A stretch of DNA of 64,000 nucleotides, from assembly GCA_965219325.1 (NCBI GenBank), contig OZ244723.1:1503628-1567627 (forward strand), given 5' to 3'. The notes under the pieces were generated by a model. That model was not told the origin of the DNA and ran no database searches. It saw nothing but the letters and a program-made list of their open reading frames with translations. The translations under genes and the position numbers were made by a program. The stretch comes from Dehalococcoidia bacterium (GTDB lineage Bacteria; Chloroflexota; Dehalococcoidia; Lucifugimonadales; UBA2962). Shown here piece after piece: positions 50,593 through 60,588 of the stretch; position 1 is the first letter of the stretch; every line of letters starts with the position of its first letter.

Positions 50593-51585
50593 ATGAGCCG
50601 CACGGAGATCCAGGAGATGAACCTCAGGGTCGAGCAGGAGGGGCTCTTCCTGAGGGACCTGATGGCCGAGGTGGGTAAGCAGGTGGTGGGACAGACGGAG
50701 ATGGTCGAAAGGGTGCTCGTTGCGCTCCTTACCGGCGGTCACATTCTCCTTGAGGGCGTTCCGGGCCTTGCCAAGACGCTCATGGTAAAGACGCTCGCCG
50801 AGGCCATAACCGCGGGATTCTCCCGGATCCAGTTCACGCCGGACCTCCTGCCGGCCGACCTGCTCGGCACACAGATCTACAGCCCCAAGACGAGCGAGTT
50901 CAGCATCCACCGCGGCCCGATCTTCGCCAACATCGTGCTGGCCGACGAGGTCAACCGTGCGCCGGCGAAGGTCCAGAGCGCGCTCCTTGAGGCCATGCAG
51001 GAGCGCCAGGTAACGATAGCCGACCAGACCTTTGCCCTGGACGACCCCTTCCTCGTCCTGGCGACCCAGAATCCGATCGAGCACGAGGGCACCTATCCGC
51101 TTCCGGAGGCCCAGGTCGACCGCTTCATGCTGAAGGTAATAGTCGAGTATCCCTCCCGGTCAGAGGAGAGGAGGATCGTGGACCTGATGGCGGTCGGGGA
51201 GCCCGAGCAGATCCACCCGGCCGTGGACGCGGAGGCGATACTGCGGGCGCGGGAGGCGGTCCGCCGAATATACGTCGACGAGCGCATCACCGAGTACGTG
51301 CTCGACCTGGTCCTGGCGACGCGCGACCCGGAGGGCCACGGGATGAAGGACCTGCGCGGGCTGATCGCCTACGGGGCCTCGCCCCGGGCCAGCATATATC
51401 TGGTCACCGCCGCCCGGGCGTACGCCTTCCTCAGGGGCAGGGGATACGTGATCCCCGACGACGTAAAGCAGATCGCTCTCGACGTCCTCAGGCACCGGGT
51501 GATCACCACCTACGAGGCGGAGGCCACCGACGTGGACGGAACGAGTATCGTCGGGCGCATCCTCGATACCGTCGAGGTGCCATAG
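50593..51585 (+). CDS. moxR: MoxR family AAA+ ATPase
   Basis: GVPGLAKT, RIQFTPDLLPAD, LADEVNR, ATQNPIE and EAQVDRF. Confidence 0.95.
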   Translation: MSRTEIQEMNLRVEQEGLFLRDLMAEVGKQVVGQTEMVERVLVALLTGGHILLEGVPGLAKTLMVKTLAEAITAGFSRIQFTPDLLPADLLGTQIYSPKTSEFSIHRGPIFANIVLADEVNRAPAKVQSALLEAMQERQVTIADQTFALDDPFLVLATQNPIEHEGTYPLPEAQVDRFMLKVIVEYPSRSEERRIVDLMAVGEPEQIHPAVDAEAILRAREAVRRIYVDERITEYVLDLVLATRDPEGHGMKDLRGLIAYGASPRASIYLVTAARAYAFLRGRGYVIPDDVKQIALDVLRHRVITTYEAEATDVDGTSIVGRILDTVEVP

Positions 51586-51593
51586 CCGGCCGG

Positions 51594-52520
51594 ATGCTGC
51601 CCGCAGAACTGCTAAAGACGGCCCGCCGGATCGAGGTGCGAACGCGGAGGCTCGTCGATGAGTCCTTCGCCGGCCACTACCAGTCCACCTTCCGCGGGCA
51701 GGGCATCGAGTTCAGCGAGGTGCGTCCCTACCAGTCGGGAGACGACGTTCGGACCATCGACTGGAACGTGACGGCGCGGATGGGCAGTCCCTACGTAAAG
51801 CGATTCGTCGAGGAGCGGGAACTGACCGTAATGATCGCCGTCGACGCCAGCGGCTCGGGCGATATAGGCACGGTCGATCGCCTCAAGCGCGAGCTTGCCG
51901 TGGAGCTGGCGGCGGTGATCTCCTTTGCGGCAACCACCAGCAACGACCGCGTGGGCCTGGCGCTGTTCACCGACGAGATAGAGCAGTTCGTGCCGCCCCG
52001 AAAGGGCAGAAAGCACGTCATGCGGCTGGTCGCGGACCTGCTGTCCTTTTCTCCGGCCGGTACCGGGACCGATGTGGGAGGCGCGCTGGACTTTCTAACC
52101 GCCGTCAGCAGGCGGCGGAGCGTCATCTTCCTGGTCTCTGACTTTCTCGTGCCGGCCGACAGCTACGCCAGGCAGCTCAAGATCGCATCGCGCAAGCACG
52201 ACGTGGTTGCGGTGGATCTTCACGACCCGCTCGAGAGCGCGCTGCCCGAGATCGGTCTTGTCACGCTCGAGGACGCAGAGACCGGCGAGACGGCCCTGGT
52301 GGACACATCCGACCCCCTGTGGAGGCGAGAGCTGGGCGAAAGGCTCGAGGCCGCCGGCGACCGCCGGCGCGGCGCGTTCAGGTCCGCGGGCGTGGACCGG
52401 ATCGCCGCGACAACCGGTCGCGACTACGTTCCCGGCCTGATCGATTTCTTCGCCAGGAGAGCCCGCCGCGCCGGCCGGACGCGCCGCACGGCAGCGTCCG
52501 TTTCCGCGGTGCAGCGGTGA
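51594..52520 (+). CDS. DUF58 protein
   Basis: GIEFSEVRPY..GDDVRTIDWNVTAR, EEREL and SDF. Confidence 0.92.
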   Translation: MLPAELLKTARRIEVRTRRLVDESFAGHYQSTFRGQGIEFSEVRPYQSGDDVRTIDWNVTARMGSPYVKRFVEERELTVMIAVDASGSGDIGTVDRLKRELAVELAAVISFAATTSNDRVGLALFTDEIEQFVPPRKGRKHVMRLVADLLSFSPAGTGTDVGGALDFLTAVSRRRSVIFLVSDFLVPADSYARQLKIASRKHDVVAVDLHDPLESALPEIGLVTLEDAETGETALVDTSDPLWRRELGERLEAAGDRRRGAFRSAGVDRIAATTGRDYVPGLIDFFARRARRAGRTRRTAASVSAVQR

Positions 52521-53530
52521 GCGCCTCATCGGTGGGCCACCTGAACAGGGCGCTCTTGCCGAAGGCGCTGGGAGCCGGATTGCTCGTGACGCTCACGCTC
52601 CTGGCGTTCGGGACCGGCGCGGCCGGGGCGCAGGGGCCAGTGGAGGCGCATCTCTCCGTCTCGCCGGACGAGCTGGTGATCGGCGATGTCCTCGTGGTGA
52701 CGGCGTCTGTGGATCACCCCGCCGGCCACACCGTCGGCCCCCTCAAGCTCGAGGACAACTGGGGTCCTTTCGAGGTGAGGGCACTGCGGGCTCCGGTGAC
52801 CGTCGCCAACGACGACGGCTCAGAGACGACCTCCGTCACCTTCGAGGCGCAGGTCTTTGCGCTCGGCCAGCTCACCACCCCTGAGCTCAGCCTCACCGTT
52901 CAGTCGCCCACGGGCGCCCAGAGCATTGCCGTGGCGGCTCCGGTCACCGTAGAGGTCGTCACCGTGCTTCGGGACAGCGAGCTTCGCGACATCAGGCCCC
53001 AGGTGGATCTGCCCGGCCCCAGGACCGGCCTGGTTGCGGGCCTTGCGATCGGCGGCCTTGCGATCGTGGCGATCACGTTCCTGGCCTACTCGAGAGCGAG
53101 CCGACGCCGCGGCCCGCTCCCGTTCGGCCGCGCGGGAGGATCGCGGTCGCCGTACGAGTGGGCCATCTCGGAGCTTTCGGGGATGAGTCATCTCGGCCTC
53201 GAGGAAGCGGAGGACCTAAGGCGGTACTACACGCAGGTCTCGGAGGTACTGCGCCGCTACATCGATGCCGAATTCGGTCTCGAAACCATCGAGAGCACGA
53301 CGGCGCAGGTGTCTCGTCAGATAAAAAGGAGCGGGCTTGAGTGGAAGCTCGGTCACAGGGTGCTCTCCCTTCTTCTGGTGGCAGACCTGGTCAAGTTTGC
53401 CCGGTACCGGCCCACCCCGGGCGAGGTGCAGACCCTCGTGCCGGACACCATCGAGGTCATAGATGACCTGCACCGGGAATCCGCCAAGTCCCCGCCCGAG
53501 CGAGGCCCGGCCGAGGTGGACGCGAGGTGA
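52517..53530 (+). CDS. Bat-operon membrane protein (BatD-like N-terminal domain)
   Basis: Signal-like N-terminus, beta-rich domain, LRDIRP, TM helix, LRRYI...ESTT and ADLVKFAR. GTG overlaps the DUF58 stop. Confidence 0.75.
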   Translation: MSASSVGHLNRALLPKALGAGLLVTLTLLAFGTGAAGAQGPVEAHLSVSPDELVIGDVLVVTASVDHPAGHTVGPLKLEDNWGPFEVRALRAPVTVANDDGSETTSVTFEAQVFALGQLTTPELSLTVQSPTGAQSIAVAAPVTVEVVTVLRDSELRDIRPQVDLPGPRTGLVAGLAIGGLAIVAITFLAYSRASRRRGPLPFGRAGGSRSPYEWAISELSGMSHLGLEEAEDLRRYYTQVSEVLRRYIDAEFGLETIESTTAQVSRQIKRSGLEWKLGHRVLSLLLVADLVKFARYRPTPGEVQTLVPDTIEVIDDLHRESAKSPPERGPAEVDAR

Positions 53531-54510
53531 CGTTTTCCTTCGCGTCCCCCGAGGTCCTGATAGCGCTGCTGGCGCTGCCCCTGCTCGCCGCCGCGAGCTG
53601 GGTGTACGCAAACCGGCTGCGCAAGCCGGCCGTCCGATACCCCAGCCTCAGCCTCGCGCCTTCGGCGAGGCGTCGGTCTTGGCGCGTCTACTCCGGCCAC
53701 ATCCTGCTGGCCCTGCGGCTGGCGGCACTGGCGCTGCTGATCGTTGCCCTTGCGCGCCCGCAGACCGGCAGCGCCCGGGAGATCGTCAGGGGCGAGGGCG
53801 TGGACATCGCACTCGCCCTGGACATCTCCGGCAGCATGGGCGCGCGGGACCTGGGTCCGGGCGGCCGCATAGAGGCCGCCAAGTCCGCCATCGCCGACTT
53901 CGTCGCCGAGCGCGAGCACGACCGCATCGGCCTGGTGGTCTTCGCGGAGGAGGCCTTCCTGCAGGCGCCGCCCACCCTGGACCACGGGGTGCTGCTGAGC
54001 CTTGCGGAGCGGGTGGGGCTGGCCAAGTCCGTGGGCGTAAGGGACGGTACGGCGATAGGCATGGGTCTGGCAACGGCCGCGACCATGCTCAAGGACTCGG
54101 ACGTGGAGAGCAAGGTGATAGTGCTGCTGACCGACGGGGTGAACAACGCAGGCGCGATTGACCCGCTCACGGCCGCGGCCGCAGCCGAGGCGCTGGATAT
54201 CAGGGTGTACACCATCGGCGTCGGGCGGCCCACCGCGTCCGACTTCGGGGGACTGGGCAGCAGTGCCGACCTCGACGAGGAGACCCTGCGCGGGATCGCC
54301 GGGCTCACCGGCGGACGGTACTACAGGGCTGTGGACCCGGAGGGGCTGTCCAGGATCTACGACGAGATCAGCCAGCTGGAAAAGTCGGAGATCGAGACGC
54401 TGTCCTTCAGCAACAAGAGGGAATGGGCCGGCTGGATCATGATCCCGGCGCTGGCGCTCCTCGTCGGGGAGCTCGGGCTGCGGCGCACCCTGCTGAGGAC
54501 CCTGCCCTAG
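53527..54510 (+). CDS. batA: BatA VWA-domain protein
   Basis: F..P N-terminal TMs, ALARPQ, MIDAS DISGS, GTAIG and LLTDGVNNAG. Confidence 0.85.
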   Translation: MTFSFASPEVLIALLALPLLAAASWVYANRLRKPAVRYPSLSLAPSARRRSWRVYSGHILLALRLAALALLIVALARPQTGSAREIVRGEGVDIALALDISGSMGARDLGPGGRIEAAKSAIADFVAEREHDRIGLVVFAEEAFLQAPPTLDHGVLLSLAERVGLAKSVGVRDGTAIGMGLATAATMLKDSDVESKVIVLLTDGVNNAGAIDPLTAAAAAEALDIRVYTIGVGRPTASDFGGLGSSADLDEETLRGIAGLTGGRYYRAVDPEGLSRIYDEISQLEKSEIETLSFSNKREWAGWIMIPALALLVGELGLRRTLLRTLP

Positions 54511-54512
54511 AC

Positions 54513-55541
54513 ATGTCTTTCGGCCATCCCCTGCTGCTGATCGCCCTGCTTGCGGTTCCGGCCGCAGCGGTCCTGGTCGCCTGGGCGGCCGGACGGCGCC
54601 GCCACGCCCTTGGAACGCTGGCCGAGCCGCACCTGATCGGCGGCCTGCTCGCCGGCATAAGCGGTGCCGGCAGGCGGTGGCGCCTGGGCCTTTGGGCGGT
54701 GGCGGTCGCCTTCCTGGTGCTCGCTTTGGCCAGGCCCCAGTGGGGTGAGCGCGAGGTGCTGGTCGAACAGGAAGGCGTGCAGGTCATGGTGGCTCTGGAC
54801 GTGTCGGCCAGCATGCTCGCCCAGGACGTTAGGCCGGACCGCCTGTCCCGGGCAAAGCTGGAGCTGATCGATCTGATGGACCGGCTGGATGGTGACGAGG
54901 TCGGACTGGTGCTGTTCTCCGGCGCCGCCTTCGTACAGCTTCCCCTCACCTCGGACTACCTGACCGCCAGACGCTTTCTGGACGCCGCCAGTACCGAGTC
55001 GATATCGCGCCCCGGCACCGTCATAGGGATGGCCATCCAGATGGCCTCGGCGGCATTCGACCAGGAACGCGAGGGCGCGAAGGTGATCCTGCTGATGACC
55101 GACGGCGAGGACTCGGAAACCGATCCGGTGGCGGCCGCCCGCGAGGCCGCAAGCCAGGGAATAACGATCTTCGCCGTGGGCTTCGGCTCACCGGACGGCC
55201 ATCCGGTGCCCGAACTGGACAGGTACGGCAACGTGGTCGGCCTGAAGACGGACAGTCGCGGAAATCAGGTCCTTTCCCGCCTTGACGAGGCGACCCTCAG
55301 GGACGTCGCCGAGGCCGGCGGGGGTGGCTATCTCGGTCTGAGTGGGGCGGCTCCGACGATAGCAGCCGAGATCGACGCCCTGCAGGCCGGCAGGCTCGAG
55401 AGCAGGGTGGAGACGCAGCACATAGAGAGGTTCCAGATCTTCCTTGCAATCGCGGTTCTCGCCCTGATCGCCGCCGAGCTGATACCGGAATCGACACTCG
55501 GCGGGACGCCCCGCGCGGTGAGAAATTGGCTCCGGCGTTGA
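54513..55541 (+). CDS. batB: BatB VWA-domain protein
   Basis: ALARPQWG, DVSASM..DV.PDRL, PLTSDY, TDGE and SRLDEATL. Confidence 0.85.
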   Translation: MSFGHPLLLIALLAVPAAAVLVAWAAGRRRHALGTLAEPHLIGGLLAGISGAGRRWRLGLWAVAVAFLVLALARPQWGEREVLVEQEGVQVMVALDVSASMLAQDVRPDRLSRAKLELIDLMDRLDGDEVGLVLFSGAAFVQLPLTSDYLTARRFLDAASTESISRPGTVIGMAIQMASAAFDQEREGAKVILLMTDGEDSETDPVAAAREAASQGITIFAVGFGSPDGHPVPELDRYGNVVGLKTDSRGNQVLSRLDEATLRDVAEAGGGGYLGLSGAAPTIAAEIDALQAGRLESRVETQHIERFQIFLAIAVLALIAAELIPESTLGGTPRAVRNWLRR

Positions 55542-55600
55542 ATTCCAAATTGACCGGTTGCGGCCTCGGGAAAAAGTCCGCCGGGCCGATCGGGCTGCCG

Positions 55601-56323
55601 ATGAAGTTGCCGGTTGCCAGGGCCTTGCGGGGAATGCTGGCGTTTGCAACCGGGGTAGGGGCGGTCCTTTCGATTCTCTCGGCGGCGGCCTGCGCGTCGC
55701 CCCAGAGCGAGCTGGTTGGCCAGGGCAACGAGGCCTTTGAGCAGGGCGATTTTGATGCCGCAACGCAGAGGTACCAGTGGGCGGAGGTTGAGGCGCCGGA
55801 TACGTCGGAGCCGTACTACAACGCGGGGAACTCGCTGCTGCGCCAGGACAGGGCTGAGGAGGCCGCAAGGCACCTTGAGCAGGCCCTTGGGAGCGCCGGC
55901 CATGAGCTCGGCGCCGATGCCGCGTTCAACCTTGGGAACGCCTATTTTGAGTCCGGAGACTACGCCGCGGCGATCGAGGCGTATGCCGACAGCCTCAGAC
56001 GCGCCCCCGAGGAGATGGATGCCAAGCATAACCTTGAGCTCGCCCTGCAGAGGATGCAGCAGGATCAGGTCGAGGCCGAGGAAAGCCCGGATCCAGTGGA
56101 TCAGAGTGACGGCGAGGATGAAGATCAGCCGGACCCGCAGCAGCAGCGGGAGGAAGACCAGGCAGGTGACGAGACCGAGTCGTCGCTTACCGAGCAGCAG
56201 GAAGTGCTGACCGAGGAGCAGGCACACCGGTTGCTGGAGGCCCTGTCCCAGGACGCAGAGACCCTGGAGCAGCGCCTGCAGTTCGGCACCGGCCGGTCGC
56301 TGGAACCCGCACAGGACTGGTAG
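55601..56323 (+). CDS. batC: BatC-like TPR protein
   Basis: YNAGN, FNLGNAYF and DAKHNLELA, an acidic Gln-rich tail and terminal DW. Start uncertain (55526, 55601 or later). Confidence 0.75.
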   Translation: MKLPVARALRGMLAFATGVGAVLSILSAAACASPQSELVGQGNEAFEQGDFDAATQRYQWAEVEAPDTSEPYYNAGNSLLRQDRAEEAARHLEQALGSAGHELGADAAFNLGNAYFESGDYAAAIEAYADSLRRAPEEMDAKHNLELALQRMQQDQVEAEESPDPVDQSDGEDEDQPDPQQQREEDQAGDETESSLTEQQEVLTEEQAHRLLEALSQDAETLEQRLQFGTGRSLEPAQDW

Positions 56324-56324
56324 C

Positions 56325-58064
56325 GTGAGAACCCTCGCGGCGTTGGCCGCACTCCTTGTGACCCTCGCAGCCGTCGCGCCGCTCGCCGCACAGGCGCCCT
56401 CGGTTACGGCCGAGGTCGACAGGAGCAGCGTTACGACCGACGACGTAATCACGCTCTCGATCATGGTCGAGGGCGGCAATCAGGCCTCTCAGCCACAGCT
56501 CCCGCTGCTGGACGGGCTCGTGGTACTGGGCACCAGCTCCGTCTCGCAGGTATCCATCACCAACGGCAAGATGGTTGCCAACTTCCTGTTCGAGTACCGA
56601 CTTGCGGCCACCCGGACCGGCAAGATAACCATCGAGCCGATCTCCATCGGCGTCGACGGCGTTGAGCATCTCACCGGGCCCATTGAGATCGACGTCTCTC
56701 CGGGCACCGGCAGCCTGGCCGTACCCACCCCCGCTCCCGATTTTGACTTCGGCAGCGGCGGCGGCTCTGCCTCCCTGACCGGCCAGGACCACTTCCTTGA
56801 GGCGGGTGTGGACGATCCGGCCCCCTACCTGGGCCAGCAGGTGACCTACTTTCGCAAGTACTACCGGGCCCACGAAGGCGTGGGCGTACCTCGCCTGATT
56901 CGCCGCTCCTACGACCCGCCCACTTTCAACGGGTTCTGGCACCTCGATCTGAGTGACGAGGGGCGATACGAGACCAGCGCGGCCGGAAGGCGATACGAGG
57001 TCCTCGAGGAGCGCACGGTACTGTTTCCGTCCCTTGTCGGCGAGCTGACCATAGACCCGGCCGCCATGAGGGTTTCAGAGGGTCTGGGCAGGTCTCAGCA
57101 GGTGCTGGTTACCGAGCCTGTCACGGTGAACGTTCGCCCGCTGCCTCAAGGAGCCCCCGCCGGGTTCGACGGGGCGGTCGGTGACTACAGCATGGAGGCC
57201 TCGGTAGACTCCGACAGGCTGTCGGGCGGTGAGCCTGCGACCCTGACGATCACGATCAGGGGTGCAGGCAACATCGACGCCCTTCCGGGCCCGAACGTTC
57301 CGGCCTCAAGCGACTGGCGTATCTTCAGCCAGGGCTCGGACTCCAGCTCGCAGGTATTCCGCGGGGTGCTCAGGGGCAGCAAGGCCTTCGAATTCCTCCT
57401 GCTGCCAAACAACGACGGAGCGCTGCAGATTCCATCCTTCGAGTACGTCTATTTCGACCCCGACACCGAGACATACGTGACCCTGTCAACCGATCCCATC
57501 AGGGTCGAGATAGAACCCGGGTCCGTGGACAGGGCGGCCGTGGACAGGGCGCTGGTCAACGCGGAGGGAGAGCAGGCTCCAGATGTCGCGCCGGCCGCCG
57601 AGAGGTGGAACCTTAGGCCGCTCGATGGCCCCATTTCGAGACAGGGCAGGGGGTTTGCCGGCACGGCATGGTACCTAGCCCTGTTCGCTCTGCCGGCGCT
57701 GTTGATTCTCGCCATCGAGACGGTCCGTCGTCGCGGCGCGCTGTCCGCCGCGCTTCGCACGGTGACGGGGAGAAGCGAGCCGCCTTCCGGCGTGTCCGGC
57801 CCGCACGCTGTGCCCCCGGATCGGCGTCTGGCCGACTTCCTGGCGGCGAAGCTGGGTCAGCCCGTCGCCGGGTGGAGGAGCGACCGACTTGCCCGCGAGC
57901 TTCTGGCGCGGGGCGTGGATTCGGCCCTGATGTCAGAGGTGTTTGAGGTGATGGACCTCAGCAACGCCGCCAGATTCGCCCCGCCGCCAATGCGCCCGGA
58001 GGGAGCGGGCGGCGAATCGAGTGTCGATGACATCATCAGTCGCCTGGGCCGGGCGCTCGAATGA
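56325..58064 (+). CDS. batD: BatD family protein
   Basis: Signal peptide, repeated beta-sandwich modules, V.VRPLP..AP..F.GAVG, YFDP and a C-terminal TM. Confidence 0.85.
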   Translation: MRTLAALAALLVTLAAVAPLAAQAPSVTAEVDRSSVTTDDVITLSIMVEGGNQASQPQLPLLDGLVVLGTSSVSQVSITNGKMVANFLFEYRLAATRTGKITIEPISIGVDGVEHLTGPIEIDVSPGTGSLAVPTPAPDFDFGSGGGSASLTGQDHFLEAGVDDPAPYLGQQVTYFRKYYRAHEGVGVPRLIRRSYDPPTFNGFWHLDLSDEGRYETSAAGRRYEVLEERTVLFPSLVGELTIDPAAMRVSEGLGRSQQVLVTEPVTVNVRPLPQGAPAGFDGAVGDYSMEASVDSDRLSGGEPATLTITIRGAGNIDALPGPNVPASSDWRIFSQGSDSSSQVFRGVLRGSKAFEFLLLPNNDGALQIPSFEYVYFDPDTETYVTLSTDPIRVEIEPGSVDRAAVDRALVNAEGEQAPDVAPAAERWNLRPLDGPISRQGRGFAGTAWYLALFALPALLILAIETVRRRGALSAALRTVTGRSEPPSGVSGPHAVPPDRRLADFLAAKLGQPVAGWRSDRLARELLARGVDSALMSEVFEVMDLSNAARFAPPPMRPEGAGGESSVDDIISRLGRALE

Positions 58065-58849
58065 TCAGCCGCCTCCTCTCGATCGTTGTGACCGTCGCCG
58101 CGGCGAGCCTGATCGCCACCGGCAGCACGTCGGCGCAGGATGCCGACCTGAGCGACCTGGCGCGGGCCGGCATCCAACTCTACGAGATAGAGGATTACGA
58201 CGGTGCCGTGCAGGTATTCGAGCAGGCGGTCGTCATGGGAGCGAGGGACCCCGTGCTCTACTACGATCTCGCCGTTGCGTATATGAGGACGGGGCGTCCG
58301 GCTCTGGCTGTCCTGAACTTTCGCAGATCGCTTGCGCTGGACCCGTCCGATCCGGATGCGGCATCGGGGCTTGAGGAGGCCCGGTCAGCCCTTGATGATG
58401 TCCGGCCACCCACGGCTCCAATCCTCGACCGCGTGTCCGCCTCGGCGATGGGGTCGGTGCCGGCACCACTCATCGCCGTCGCCGCCGTGGTGTCCTCGGT
58501 CCTGGTGGCGGTGCTCTGGGGCGTCTTCAGGATGGCCCGCAGACGGCGTCTTCGAGTGGGAGCCGTCTACACGGCTGTCGTTCTCCTGCTGGTCGCCGCC
58601 TTCTCGGCAACCATGGTCGTCTCGCATGCGGGCCGGGACAGCGGGGATGCGGTCCTGCCCAGGGGGACTGCGCTGTACAGCGGTCCTGGCCCCGCCTATG
58701 TAAAGCTGCTCTCCGTGCCGGCCGGGGCTGAGGTCAGCATAGTGGACGAACGTGGGGATTGGGTTCGCCTGAGGCTCCCGCCGGGTGACTACGGAGACGA
58801 CGTGCAGGGCTGGGCCAGGGCGACGGCGATCGAGCTTGTCCTGAACTAG
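58061..58849 (+). CDS. batE: BatE-like TPR + TM + SH3b protein
   Basis: TPR motifs, two TMs and an SH3-like C-terminus (LYSGPG...GDWVRL...GW). Confidence 0.75.
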   Translation: MISRLLSIVVTVAAASLIATGSTSAQDADLSDLARAGIQLYEIEDYDGAVQVFEQAVVMGARDPVLYYDLAVAYMRTGRPALAVLNFRRSLALDPSDPDAASGLEEARSALDDVRPPTAPILDRVSASAMGSVPAPLIAVAAVVSSVLVAVLWGVFRMARRRRLRVGAVYTAVVLLLVAAFSATMVVSHAGRDSGDAVLPRGTALYSGPGPAYVKLLSVPAGAEVSIVDERGDWVRLRLPPGDYGDDVQGWARATAIELVLN

Positions 58850-58904
58850 CGCTCGCGCGCGAAGCCCCTCGGGCACGTGCGTCTAACGGACACCGGCCAT
58901 TACC

Positions 58905-59927
58905 TCATGGCGCCAGCAGCACCTTTACGTCCGTGGACGGGCTCATCAGCCGCTCGAAGGTCGCCTGCAGGTCACCCAGGCCTATGATCGCCCCATCGGC
59001 CATCAGGGGCTCGACCCTCACAAGGCCCCTGGCCACCAGTTCGAGCCCTATCCTCCAGTCGTCGGGCTCGTAGATGAAGCTGGTCGTGAAGTTGATCTCC
59101 CTGGCGATCCAGTCGACCGGGTTTAGTGCAGTCGCCTCCCAGGCCAGTGAGACCAGGGTCACGTTGCCGCCCTTGCGCACCGTACGGAGGGCATCTTCCA
59201 GGGTTCCGCGAGCCGCTGCACACTCGAATGCCACATCAGGACCCTTCCCGCTCGTGAGGTCCGCAAAGGCCTCCTCGACATCGGTCTCGGTGGGGTCTAT
59301 GACTGAATCCGCTCCGAGAGTGAGAGCCGCCGCAGAGCGCGCCGGGGCGGGTTCTGCGACCAGCACTCTCGATGCTCCCGCCGCTCGGGCCACCTGCATT
59401 GTGAACAGCCCGATGGGGCCCGCTCCCAGGACCGCAACCGAGTCACCGACCTTAAGGGACGACCGGCGCACCGCATGGACCGCGGTCGCCAGCGGCTCGG
59501 CCATTGCGGCCGCCTCGTCGGACACCCCCTCGGGTATCGGGATCGGCCTCCAGGCCTCCATCTCGACGTATTCCGCATAGCCCCTTGCCCATATGGGCTC
59601 ACGTCCGGGCCCCATCGTGCGGTAGTTGAACCTCGGGTCCGAGGTGAAGGGATCCACATAATCCCTGGGCGGCTCGCCCCCGCCGCCGATAACGCTGTCA
59701 CCCACATTCCATTCCTCCACCCCCTCTCCCAGGGCCGCGATCGTCCCGCAGTACTCGTGCCCCATTTGAGAACCAGCCGGGGTGACGTCGTACATGAAGG
59801 TATGTACGTCCGTCCCGCAAATGCCGCAGTACTTGACCTTGACCAGTACGTTACCCGGTCCGGGTTCGGGGACCGGGATTTCCCGGATCTCGAATCGCCT
59901 GCCGCCGGTGTAGATCGCCGCTCTCAT
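58905..59927 (-). CDS. Zinc-dependent medium-chain alcohol dehydrogenase
   Basis: CGICGTDVH, GHE, AEPLA and GAGPIG. ATG 59927 after GAGGTG. Confidence 0.9.
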   Translation of the reverse strand: MRAAIYTGGRRFEIREIPVPEPGPGNVLVKVKYCGICGTDVHTFMYDVTPAGSQMGHEYCGTIAALGEGVEEWNVGDSVIGGGGEPPRDYVDPFTSDPRFNYRTMGPGREPIWARGYAEYVEMEAWRPIPIPEGVSDEAAAMAEPLATAVHAVRRSSLKVGDSVAVLGAGPIGLFTMQVARAAGASRVLVAEPAPARSAAALTLGADSVIDPTETDVEEAFADLTSGKGPDVAFECAAARGTLEDALRTVRKGGNVTLVSLAWEATALNPVDWIAREINFTTSFIYEPDDWRIGLELVARGLVRVEPLMADGAIIGLGDLQATFERLMSPSTDVKVLLAP

Positions 59928-60069
59928 GTGCTCACCTCTCTGGGCGCGGATCCCGACCGCCACCCAGCAACCTCGGTTTCGTTGTCATCGCGTTCGGAGG
60001 CCGACGCTACGACCTGACCGGCCTCACCCATTTGCCCCGGGAAGGCTCTCGATTACCGTCACGGATCGG

Positions 60070-60549
60070 TCAGGCGCTGCGATAGATTGCGCCCCTCTTT
60101 CTGACCGCCTCGAGAAGCGACAGATCGCCCCGCTCGATCATATGTCCAGAGGGCTGCGGGGGTCGCCCATCCTCGCCGAGCAAGCCCAGAATCTTGCGAT
60201 CGGTGTAGTACCCGCCGTAGGTGTGTTTGATCAGTGCCGAGAAAAACTCAGGGGCGGTGGCCTCGATGTCGCCGAGTACCTCATCCTTTGCGATATCGGG
60301 AAGTTCCGTGAACGGAGCCCCCCGGCACTGGGAATTGGCACCGATCCGCTCCAGGCCTCTGGCGAACAATCCGGCAAGGTCAGTATTCCTTGCCAGTTCC
60401 CTCTGGACGAACGTGGCGACGCCCGCCTCGCCCGCGCCAGGCATGACGCCGGATCTCGGAATGATGCGGTCGAGCACCGCGACTAGCAGTGTGAAACCCG
60501 TCGCGTCCATGGCTTCGCCCTGTCGGGCTGGGTCTGATTCGCTTGCCAT
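60070..60549 (-). CDS. Gluconate 2-dehydrogenase subunit 3-like protein
   Basis: DRIIP...PGA..AGV..F, F.EL and FF......GYY pattern. Confidence 0.7.
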   Translation of the reverse strand: MASESDPARQGEAMDATGFTLLVAVLDRIIPRSGVMPGAGEAGVATFVQRELARNTDLAGLFARGLERIGANSQCRGAPFTELPDIAKDEVLGDIEATAPEFFSALIKHTYGGYYTDRKILGLLGEDGRPPQPSGHMIERGDLSLLEAVRKRGAIYRSA

Positions 60550-60588
60550 AAGCTGCGGAGGCCGGTGGCGGGAATGATATCAGGCGAT

